In this document: positions 1-11,265 of the stretch, in pieces
Layout: each line of letters begins with the position of its first letter
How positions within the stretch are numbered: the first letter of the stretch is position 1
Assembly: GCA_046563655.1 (NCBI GenBank)
Contig: CM102290.1
Location: 14,012,001-14,076,000 of the forward strand
Length of the DNA: 64,000 bases
DNA from: Yuukianura sp. NJ FZ-2021
Lineage: Eukaryota
Reading direction: 5' to 3'
The notes under the pieces: generated by a model
Database searches by the model: none
The model's input: the letters and a program-made list of their open reading frames with translations, nothing else
Told to the model about the DNA's origin: nothing
Position numbers and translations under genes: made by a program

Positions 1-1425
1 TCTCTAAACTTCCCCAACTTTTTTTTTTTAGTACGGCGACACTTGAGTCAGACAGTCGAAAACCATTTGTCAACATTGTCAACTAAATTGTGGGATAAAA
101 CGAGAGATAATGTGGGCAAATCAGTTGATATACTAAGATGACTAAAGTTTTAGCAATTGACATCATGGTTACAGGTATACTTCATGCACACATCCATCAC
201 CATAAGTTAAAATCCACTTCATAAATTACTTGCATTTTGTCATGTCCAACCTTCAATTAACTCTAAGTTTTATGACAAACACATAAATGTCACCCGAGGT
301 CACCACAAACTCAACTTTTATAAGCTACACACAAAACTTCCGTAGATTCTGCTCTTGACCTTTCATTTTTTGTTCAAAAATTTTTGTCTCGTGCAAATCT
401 TGTTCAAAAAACTGTTTTTGTGAACAAATGTGGCTTATGAGAAAAATGTGTGCTGCACAAAGGACAATAGACACAACATGGAGATGCGTGCACAGTATCA
501 CGCATGAGCAATAAACTACAAAATCCCTAGATTCTTAGAATTAGTGAGGCGTTTCACTGGAAAATCCTCTAAAAGTCTTGAAAGACAAGAGAAGATGTAA
601 AGTCGGTCGTTTTTATACAAATGCAGTGCAAACATTTTTGCAAAAATCAATTTGCATCAATTCTGCAAACTTTTTTTCTGGTTTGTGAATTTCCCTAATC
701 ACTGTCTTAGTCACAACTAAAACTACAGAAACTATGAGAATAAAAATTTTGAAAACAAAAATACTGTTGTAGAATTCACGTCATGATTCGTTCATTGTCA
801 TTGTCACTTTGTAAAACCTGCTAGCAATTGAAAAAACTATGCGTTGCTTCAATGCAATGCTTGAGCTTAGGATTGGGTAAATCAAAACCAAGAGAAAAAT
901 AAGAATTTGAGTTTCAAAATTTCAATTTCTGTTGCAAATATTAAGTAAAATGCAAATTCATTGTAAGAGATGAAATGCTCGGCAAATTGAAAAATCTTGT
1001 GAATTGTGAGGTTAAAAGTTATTATGTGCTTTTGAAGATGTAAAAATGCTGTTTTGTGTGAGTGAGCTAGGACGCCATGACAGTTTTCTTGGAAGGAAAA
1101 GGAGCCTTGGTCCAGTCAGAGGCAGATAAGCAGCGGAAAGGGAAGGACGCTTCCAGTGTCACTTTCCCAAGACAAAGTCAGAGGTCAAGGTCACACTGGA
1201 GGTCAAGGTCACATCGCAACCAGTAAGTGTACATTCAGCACCAATTACCTGGACAGCACCTCAGCCTTGGACGCTTCATTGTCAGGGTCAGCATATAGGT
1301 AAAAGAAATACGAAACCTATTTTGTGCTGAATGTAGAGGTATAACTTGCTACGAAAACTATGAACGAAGAATCATAACGCTTGCTTTGTTTTGTTTAGGT
1401 TCTAAAAGAACCTGGTTGAGACAAA

Positions 1426-2475
1426 ATGGCTGACAAAAGGTCAGAGGTCACCGGAACTGGAAACAAGTATGAATGCGACCAATGTCACAAAAAGTTCAAA
1501 TCTTCCAAGACTCTGTCCAGCCACTTTGCTGTTCATTCTGACGTTCGACCGTTTGGTTGCTCCGAATGCCACAAACGATTCAAACGCAGTCAGGATTTGA
1601 AGAGACACATCGCTATGCACACAGGGGAAAGACCATTCCACTGCACAAGGTGCACAAAAACATTCATCCAGAACAGCGCCCTTACAATTCACATGCGAGG
1701 GCACACGTACGAGGGATTGGTTGAATGCAGCCACTGCAAAAACAAATTCAAATCAAATGGAGAACTCAAACAACACCTCATCATACACACAAAAGTAAGC
1801 AAATACACATGCACAATCTGCAACTATGCTGCAGCATCACAAGGGAATTTGGATAACCATGTTGCAACACACACAAATGAACGTCGTTTCCAATGTACGG
1901 AGTGCCACAAGAGATTCACGGAAGAGGGCCATCTGAAAAGACACCAAAGGATCCACGCTGGAGACAAGCGATTCCAGTGTAACTTCTGCACTTATGCAGC
2001 CATACACAAGCACACACTTGAAGTCCACATGCGACAACACACACGAGAGAAACCATACGCATGTGTGTTGTGCACCGCCACATTCAAGTCACACAGTGCT
2101 TTGAAGTACCACATTGGAATGCACACTGGAGAGAAACCATACCCATGCAAGGAATGTGGCAAGGAATTCAGAACTTCCACTATTTTGAAGTATCATGTGA
2201 AGATGCATGCGGGAGTGAAGGATTTCGAGTGCACAGTGTGCCACAACAAGTTCAGACAGCAATCAACACTCACTGCTCATGCGCGTGTCCATTCCGGAGA
2301 GAAGCCATTTGCATGTAAGTTCTGTGACAAACCATTTACACAGAGGACTCATTTGACCTGCCACCTTCGCATCCACTTGAATGAGAAGCCGTTTAGCTGT
2401 GGGAGTTGCCAGGCAGAGTTCAGATACAAACGCAATTTGCTGCGTCACCGGGAAGAATGCGTCGTCGATGAGTAG
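1426..2475 (+). CDS. Tandem C2H2 zinc-finger protein, paralog ZF-A (12 fingers, last one C2HC; no recognisable effector domain)
   Basis: 349-aa ORF of back-to-back CxxC-x12-HxxxH units with TGEKP-like linkers after a 14-aa leader (MADKRSEVTGTGNK). Probable 5'UTR intron at 1299-1398 (GTAAAA...TTTAG). An in-frame TGA lies 9 nt upstream of the ATG. Confidence 0.92.
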   Translation: MADKRSEVTGTGNKYECDQCHKKFKSSKTLSSHFAVHSDVRPFGCSECHKRFKRSQDLKRHIAMHTGERPFHCTRCTKTFIQNSALTIHMRGHTYEGLVECSHCKNKFKSNGELKQHLIIHTKVSKYTCTICNYAAASQGNLDNHVATHTNERRFQCTECHKRFTEEGHLKRHQRIHAGDKRFQCNFCTYAAIHKHTLEVHMRQHTREKPYACVLCTATFKSHSALKYHIGMHTGEKPYPCKECGKEFRTSTILKYHVKMHAGVKDFECTVCHNKFRQQSTLTAHARVHSGEKPFACKFCDKPFTQRTHLTCHLRIHLNEKPFSCGSCQAEFRYKRNLLRHREECVVDE

Positions 2476-5400
2476 TTCTCGCCACTCTACGCAAGATGCC
2501 GCACTTTTTTCTAATTTAATTTGTAGCGTTTCCAGTAATCTGATTTCCATCAATTGACAGGTTAAGTTTACACGTAGTGAAAAATTTTAAGTTTGGACAG
2601 TTAACTTTAATTCTACACCCTGTTCTGTACAAGAACAAAAACTACGAGTTAATTCTTGCCTCATTTTTGTTGTTTTTTTTTACTTTTCGTTTTTCTTTAG
2701 TTAGAAAAAATTTCAGTTGATCAGTAGTTTATAGTTTACGTTATTTTGAATAATTGCCATTTGTAATCCAAAAGTTTGTTTGTCTGCTGTATAAAGAAAT
2801 ACAAACAACAGAATCAACAAAGTTTACAGGTGTTTTGCATTTTTTAGTTTTTCTTCTTTTTCAAAATTTTCACGGTTTACAACACAACAACTTTTCATTT
2901 TCCAAGTTTTCAACAAATTGCAAATTACTCATTTTCTTCAACTTTGAATGCCTTCAGCATGTTTCAGCTGTGTTATTCCACTTTTAGTTAACATAAGTTG
3001 CAACTTAAATTGACTTTTTACAACATGTTTAACTAACTGTTCCTAATTGCACTGAAGTTAAAATTTACTAAATCACACATTCAGTAGTTATTAATGTCGG
3101 CATTTCATGTTTTGCGCAGCTTCAAAGTGAGTTCTGCGCATGCAAACCTTTGCTGTTCTACAGTTTGTAGCGTGGTGCATGTGTTATTTTCAAACGCCGA
3201 GTTAATCATGCATTTCACACTTCCGCTCCCAATTCTTTTTTAATTTGTTTGACAATGGCTTCTGATTAGTAGTTGTCACTCTCCAGCACATAATAGCTTC
3301 TCTAATGAAAATGATCAACTCTGGTTCACTTAACACAACTTTTGACATTTGACCTTTGACCTTTGGAGAAGCTAAACGGCAGCATCAGGAGTTTCTACAT
3401 GTGAATTTTCTTGTTTTTTGTTGAAACAAGACTGGAATGTTTTTGTAGAAGTTGTGCGAAAGGAGTTTTTGGAAATTAATTGACATGCAAATAATTGTGA
3501 AATGAAGACAACTACCTTACTGTGTACTGTCTTTGACTATTAATTGAGAGAATTTTATGAATCTCCTTGACCTTGCATGATTCCTAGCTTCACAAGAGTG
3601 AGCAGTGATTCAAGGTAAGCCACTTCAACAGAATTCTACTTCATCCGCATACACTGTAAACTCAGGTTTTTAGTATAACATAACATAACCTCGAATGTAT
3701 AAAATATAACTAAAGTGATGTACACCATGTGCACACACATTGTACATTGAACAAAAGTGTTCAGTTCATCTTCTGTCTGTTTTTGAGCCGAAAAAGAAAA
3801 ATCTGACACTGATTTGCACACCTCGTTCCGTCGGCATTGATCTTTCATCAATACTAAAGAAAACGTACTGTATGGTGTGTATATGTCTGTCCGTCTGTCT
3901 GTCTATTTCTTTCTAATTGTACTTTTTGTGCATGCGGCCGTTTCTCCAATTACAAAACAATTTTATAATTTTTTTAAATTTCTTTAATAAAATGGAGCGT
4001 TTAAGGTTTGGTATTGTTGACCACGTCTTTGCAGAATTTTTTTGGAATTGCTTGCATTAGATTTGAAATTTGATAATTATGTAAATAGTTCATTTTTATT
4101 TGGAGTTTTTGATTTTTTTTTTTTGCGTTTTTTTCGTGTAATTTTTTTTAGAATTCGAATTACAATGCGTGATTTGGTGGATGATTTGACGCTTGGCTAC
4201 TTGAGTATGATGGATTTTGAAAGTTAAAGCTTGGCTGATGATCAAGGGAAAGGGAAAGCCCATGTGATAATAAACTTTTTTTTAGACAAGACAAAGTTCA
4301 TGTTTTTTCTAAACAGGATTTCCTGTTTAGAAAATATCAAAAAACAAGGAAAAATTATGTAGGAGCAGACACTCTGCTACTTTTTGATAAATCCAACACT
4401 TAACTTTTTACTAACTTTACTACTGCCCTAATCCTCACAAGTTAGTGAAAACTGGAGAGACTAAACACATCAACTTGTTGTGATTTGGAAAAGTTTTGGT
4501 TTCTTTTTAGAAAAATTTCAACTGTTTCCTCTTCCTGCGAGTGCGTCTCAAGATTAGACCAACTGTGAAACACGTTTCGTTAAAAAAAAGTTTAGTTTCA
4601 AAATAGTTTCAAATTTTTGTCAGGTTTTGGTTTATTTCAAAACCCAAACGTTAAAAAATGTAAAACCTCAATAGTGCGGTAAAAAATTGAGATGAAGGAA
4701 ATAATTTTTAAAAAAGCGAAATGTTTAAAATTGAGGCTGTGAAATATTTACGCTTTCCTTGACAAATTTATCGTCTCTAAATCTGTATTCGTTGAATTTC
4801 AAAACAAAATTTCAAAAAATTGAACACCGAAAAGAAAGATTTTGAAAGAATTAAAAATAGCGCCAGTTCAGTTTGTCAGTTTGCCAGTAAATCGATTAGG
4901 CACCGAATTTATATTGAAAAGAAGCGTAACGTAAAAAACGAGATACAAAAACGTTACGGTTGCGACTACTTAACACATTCCGTACGTGTCGGTGTTACAG
5001 TTACAACGTTAGGTTGGTTATACCTAATCAAGAGTAGTTAAAGTACATAAAAATTAGAAAAATTGGAGTGTTAAAAGTTAGGTTGAAGATGTGTCAGTTA
5101 TGTATATGTCTACGGTTTAAAAAAAAAGAGTTTTGTGGTTTCAGTTCATGGCCAGTTTGTGTTTCCGCTCGAGCAGCGATTTCCTTTGTTCTCAAAATCA
5201 GCGCCATTTCTCACTACTTTTTCAAATTTTCCCTAACAACCTATTTTGTTCAAAAAAGTGAACTTTTAAGTTTCAACTTTAACTGTTTAACTTGTTTTTA
5301 TAGTTGCTTTAATCATATACACTCATGCTGTAAGAAAATTGGACCACACTATGGCGAAATTTGTTGCGCTGTTGAAGTTGTATGATTGAAAACTATATTT

Positions 5401-5994
5401 CTATGTATAATATAAATTAATATATTAAAAGTGATTAATATATTTTTCACTTTAGGGGTTTTAAGTATTGGATGATTAGGCCAATTGAGTATAATTTGTG
5501 AGTGACTACTGAAAAACCTTGTAGAGATCCAAAGTGTTGCTCGTGGTGTGAAAAATTAATCAAGTGAGCAGTGGGTGATAAACTGGAGTTTTAGCGGCTT
5601 TTCTCACTCATAATCTATAGCACTACCAATTGTCTTTCCCACGTTTTTCAAAAAAAAAAAGTTGCAAAAAATTTTTTTGATAAATTTTTGGCAATATAGG
5701 TTTCCAGCGTCATTCGAGTAATACTGGCAAAACACTTTGGATTTCACTGTTTTCAGTAAGTAAAAGTTAAAGTCAATGTACAAGATGTCGTGAAAATTTT
5801 AGACAAAAAATTTACAACAACGCTTTTGAGTGCTTTGTTTTCTGCAGTACAACTTTTGGAACGTAGTGTACAATTAGCTTAATCAGGAAAACGTATTCAC
5901 TTACCAATCAGAGCGACGACGACGAATACAATTTTTGAATTGAACTTCAAAATTTCCATTTTTACAGTCGTATTTTATCTTGAAACGAACCGCC

Positions 5995-6425
5995 GCTTCA
6001 TTTACGTTTCGCGATTCTTGAAATCAACGTAAAATTTACGATTTACGTTTCGTCTTGTGGTTGGTAAATTTACGTTTTTACGTTGCTCTATTTCTCTTCA
6101 ATACTGGAACGCCTACGTTCCTCGGTGTCAATGTATTTACGGTTTACGTTGCCGCCTACCACTTCAGAATTTACGGTTTACGTTTCTTTGTATCACTTCA
6201 GAATTTACGGTTTACGTTTCTGTGTATGACTGTGAAATTTACGATTTACGTTTTACTTCATTTACGTCATACGTTCTGTAGGTGGCAATCCACGCACAAT
6301 GTTAACTTTTCACGCTTCTCTCTATTTTTCGTATGCCAAAATTTCCGTTCGACGTTTCGACTCAAAAATTTATGTTTCACGTTTGTCGTTTCGGAGTAAA
6401 GTTTATGTTTCACGTTTCTTGTTTC
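5995..6425. repeat. Degenerate low-complexity repeat built on TTTACG(G/T)TTTACG motifs
   Basis: Many copies of tttacgttt/tttacggttt. The segment cacttcagaatttacggtttacgtttct is directly duplicated at about 6160 and 6194. Confidence 0.7.
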
Positions 6426-8509
6426 TTCTGCGAACAACTTTGTCAGTTCAATTCAAAAACTTGAACTTATGAAAATTCACTTTCACCCTTCCAAAAAACC
6501 GGAATTTCCAGCTTCCAATAAAACGTGACGTTTTTCGCCTGAAACTACGCCCGACTCGAATTGGTTTCAAAAAACCGCGTCTTACAGCTTCTCCTCACGC
6601 AGCTTTTTTACATTCCGTTTTTCTAATCGTTTCCAATTTGGCAAAAATCAGGCAATCCTATTCACAAAAGTTCTAAATCTGGGTGGAGTCGAAGAACCTA
6701 AAAACCGTTTTTTCAAAAATCTAAAACAGTAACAGTAACACTTTTGAAAAAAGGAGGAAAAGAACGTAACACGTTTGTTTGTTTAAGTTGGCCTTCGTCT
6801 CTCTGAACAAAATTACAAAAAAATGTGGACACACTAATACTAACTCCACTCTACAAGATTAGACGTTCATGTTGCAAATATTGTGCAACTGTGTTTGGCA
6901 CAGAGGCTAAAGTGGGACTAAAAGACTAACAATTCCTGGCTCTAAAAAATGTTATGTTAGACGAATGGGCGGGTGATTCAAAAATCCATCCCCCGATCCA
7001 GAACAACACTCCCCATATTAGTAAAAGTAGCGACCACCTAACTTAATGTCACCCACTTCAACATTTTTTTTTGTCACGTCCAAGTGCATAAGCTAACATG
7101 ATCATTCCTAGAACTACTATTTCATAGTTTATTTTTTGTTAGGGTAGTGATAGTAAAGTGTTTTTCATATTGTGGTTCCAGTGACTAAAAATGTTGGTGA
7201 CTAAAAAAACTAATTTCTATGAAGACTAAAAAGTTGATGCCAAAAGTGGACATGGCTAGAATTTTTGAAGTACTAAAAATGATAAGTTATTAACAATTAA
7301 GTGGCTGCGGGAGGTGATTACATAAGAATGAATGGAGATATCATGTTGTGCAACTCAAACGTTATAGAAGTAGGTTGAGCAAACTTACTACAACAACCTG
7401 AGATCTACATCGTAAATTGCAATTTGTAGAATTTTTAGCATTTTATAAGATTTCGATGAAAAGTTGAAAGTTCTTTGAAATTTTGGAAGTTTTGAAAACC
7501 GGTAGGGCAACCATGACAAGCAGCAGAAATTTCTTGATAGCAAACCAAATTTTCTTTAATATGCAAATTATTTTTCAACGTAAATATTTAAATGTATGAT
7601 TATATTTGTATAATAAAATATAGATACTTGAAGTTTTTTATTTGTAAAAATTGGAATGGGACGGTTAATTACGTCTGAGAGTGTTTACGTAATTGTCTAC
7701 GTTGGTTGTTGAGGTTAAAGTAGTTAGTGTTAGTAATTCAAAAATAATTAAACTTTAATTCATTCAAAACCTCTAAACTTCTGTGCCAATTCGTGAATGA
7801 ACCTTGGTGTCTAGGCTTCGGTTGAATTCGACACATTTATATTTGTTTTTTTTTTTGATTGGTTTGAATTGACTTTGGAGACATCGACGATTTTAATTCT
7901 CATTACATTTTGTAGTAAAACTAATAAAATATGAAATGCGTGTTCAAAAACAAAATTGCTCAAATGCTGTGTTCAGGATTTTGGCGTCGTTCGAGTATAG
8001 AAGAACATCATATGCCTACCATCTCACGGGAAAACTTTGTCACAACTTCATGAAAATTTGAAAATGGAATGTCGTACATAGCAGCCAAACAAGATTTTTC
8101 TAATTGTTTCAAATCGTAAAGTTTTTGTTTTAAATTTTGAAAGAATAATAAGAGATTTTATAGCTATTTTCGAAAAGGCGAAAATTTTGATCTTTACCGC
8201 GTGTCACCACTTTTCAAGATTTATGTTCACTTTTGTCCTTAAATTCTTCATGTTTCAAATGCAACATCTTCCTAATCGTCAATCATGCAAACTCAATGGG
8301 TTTCAAATTTTCGAGAAAATAAAATGACCTCAACCCGGATTCCGCCTTGAGTAAAAAATTGTGCAGAAATTTTCAAGACCCTGGGACACTTTTTATTTTT
8401 TCCAAGTTTAGCTTAATTAAGAGCTTTTTTAAGTGTAATTAATTACCTTGGGTTAAGTAATTACTTTCTTTTCGTTATTTTTCCCGCCAATAAATACTGA
8501 AAAGGTTGT

Positions 8510-10604
8510 TCAATAAGCTATTTTTTCCAGAATCCAATTGGAGTAGTTTGGAACGTTGACGTAAACTCCAGGAATTCCGTACTGTGCACATCCGATGCCC
8601 CAGGCGACGAGTCCCACCACTTGGAAGTCTCCTGCGTCACTTCTGCACACCAATGGAGACCCTCCGTCTCCCGTACATGCGTCTTTTCCATCTTCTCCGC
8701 CTGCGCACAAGAAACTCTTGCGATTCAATTGAAACGCACCTCCGAGACGAGTTTGACGCAGGCGTGCCTCGCATTCGTTCGAATCCAGAATTGGTACGTC
8801 AACTTCTCGGAGATAGTACGAGTGTTTCCCAACTTTGAAAGCATCTTTCCCAAATCCAGCTACCCAGCACCTATGCATCAGTAAAAGTAATTAGTAATGA
8901 ATTACAAGTAATTACGATGTAATTACTCTTGAATTTAAGGAGGCTTAAAGGTAAACACTCAGAAATAAGGATAGTAGTAAAGAATACAAGTGGTTATATG
9001 TTATAATTACTTTCGAAATGAAAGTAATTGCGGTGTAATTACTCTTAGAAATAAAGCAGTTTAAGCTTTAGTAGCATTAGGAATAAAAGTAATTAAAATA
9101 AAGTTACTTTGGCAATGAAAACTATGATGTACTTACTCTTGAAATACGAGTAATTACATTGTAATTACTCGTATTTCAGGAGTAAGTACATTGTAGTTAC
9201 TCGTATTTCAAGAGTAATTACAATGTAATTACTCTTGAAATAAAAGTAATTACTCGGAGAATTATTGAGCTTAGGTATAGAAAAATCAGGGGAGAACATA
9301 ATTCCGACGTAATAGAGCTTTCGAAATTAAAGTAATTACGACGAATTACTTGCGAAGTGAGGTAATTACCTTCGACCGACATAGTTACCATGAGGCTTTG
9401 GAAGACAAACGGTTTTGATATGAGGGTATGCATTTGTATCAATTGGTTGCGACAATTTGATGATGGCGACATCATTTTGCAGATTGTCGGCGTTAAAACT
9501 CGGATGAATATCGACACGGGCTACTTCAATTTCAATGTTTTTGTACGGTTCGGAGTCGTCCTGCGCATTCCACTCTCCGAAACGAACTTTCATTGGGTAA
9601 TTGGGCCTAGAACAAGAAAAAAAACTGCACGTGCGCAGAAATGATTTGAAGATGCTGCGCAGACTTACTTGAAGTCCTTAACTTTGTGGGCAGCAGTCAA
9701 AACGTGGGAACTGTCCAGCAGTGCGCCGGCGCCAAGGTAATTGTTGGAACTGGATAGAATTACGGCAAACCACGGGTACTCTCCGAAGTCAGCCTAAAAA
9801 TATAATGTAAAATAATTAATTTAAATATAATATAATTAAAAATATACTAAACTTTGTCCAACATGCCTCTCCATAGGTTTGTTTGTGTGAGGGAACGTTA
9901 ATGATGGTTGGCATTCCGCAACTGCCGAGTGGAATTCGTCCCTGTCCAGGTCCATCTCGTCCAGTATCTCCACAGCAGTAGATCTGGTCCTCTCCACAAA
10001 CAATGCCTGAGGGCTACAAATAATTAATACAGATTAATTACTTTAATTATTTTCAAATTAAAATTATTACATAAAACTATTTCCTACTCTGTTCACAATC
10101 CGAATGTCAATGTTTCCGGCTCCGTCGACGTCGGGATTGGTCGGAGGTGGCAAAAGTCCCGGATCGACGTACTCTCCGTTTCCTTTGCCGTAGTCACCTC
10201 CTCCTCCTCCTCCACCTCCTCCTCCGCCATTAGTCGGATATGACCCGGGACGATTCGGGCAGTACTGCTTGAGGACACATTCGCATTTTGCCCCCGGGGG
10301 AGGCGGTTGACCTTGACCATAAATCCCACCCCCATACAATCCACCAGTTCCTCCATACTTGTCATTGTACTGTCCATGTCCCTGTACAGCTTTCAGTTGT
10401 TCACTGGCTCCAGGAACTGGATCAACACCTACAAAAACACATTAAATTTAGTTTTAAGAATTAATTTATATAATTTATTTTAAAGTTTATGAACTTATTA
10501 CCCAATGTGGAAGCCAGTAAGCCCAGACGGTCGCCAGTATCGGTATTTCCTTGCGCAGCAGCAACCACGACCATCAACAATGTCAGTGCGTGCAAGGAAG
10601 CCAT
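8510..10604 (-). CDS. Secreted clip-domain serine protease homolog (CLIP-A / masquerade / PPAF2-like), catalytically inactive
   Basis: Exons 10604-10502, 10428-10088, 10013-9867, 9793-9669, 9606-9370 and 8870-8510 join in phase. Signal peptide MASLHALTLLMVVVAAAQG, Gly/Pro-rich region, clip cysteines (CECV..YC, IVC..IYCC), the DIRIVNR and FGEYPW motifs, His in TAAH, Asp in NDVA, and catalytic Ser replaced by Gly (DACTGDGGSP). Confidence 0.9.
8880..9368. repeat. Intronic GTAATTAC-based tandem/inverted repeat array (about 31-bp unit)
   Basis: Repeated taattactcttgaaat-like units fill the last intron of the protease homolog, including a 65-bp near-perfect palindrome at 9127-9191. Confidence 0.8.
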
Positions 10605-10814
10605 GACTATGAAAACAGGCGCTTATACTTGAAAACACTGAATAATACCTGAAAACAATAAAACAAAGTAGAATAACACTGAATTCAGTTAAAAAAACAC
10701 CCAAGTGTTAGATTTGAAAACAGTTGAAAACTTTGCATATTAGTACAGGATATCTAGCAATACGTTGTAATGAAGACAGTTAAAATAGAAGTCAAAACTA
10801 CTTTTGAAAACACA

Positions 10815-11265
10815 AGAAACACTGAAATTTGAAGTGTTACAGTTGAAAACAGTAGTAACGCCTATGAAAACATTTATACTAAATAGGCTGAAAAACGCTG
10901 GAAACACTGAAATTTCAAGTGTTTTAGAATTCTAACCTGAAAACACCCGAGTGTTACAGTTGCAAATAGTGTAACACCTATGAAAACAGGTAAAAAAACA
11001 CTGAAATTTCAGTAGTTTTAGAATTCTAAGATGAAACCACCGGAATGCAAACATGAAAACAGTAAGTGACACCCATGAAAACAGTAATATTATACTTATG
11101 AAAACCCTAGAAACACTGAAACTTCAAGTGTTTTAGAATTCTTACCTGGAAACACCCGAGTGTTACACTGGAAAACACTAGTAACACCTAAAACAAAAGT
11201 GAAAACACTTAAAACCACAATGCACACTGCACTTAAAACACTAGAAACTTGGAGTGTTTTATAAT
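10815..11265. repeat. Degenerate minisatellite, unit about 95-125 bp, 4-5 copies
   Basis: aaacactgaaatttcaagtgttttagaattct...cacccgagtgttaca...gtaacaccta recurs at about 10902, 10997, 11111 and 11236. Confidence 0.75.

Noticed and set aside
1399..1425. Idea that the ZF ORFs are alternative or trans-spliced 3' exons of the BTB gene (mod(mdg4)/lola style)
   Set aside because: Each copy has a stop in frame with the ZF ORF between the splice acceptor and the ATG, and each has its own homologous upstream region.
6055..6399. Hydrophobic 114-aa ORF
   Set aside because: It arises from the TTTACG low-complexity repeat; no ATG start and no recognisable domain.
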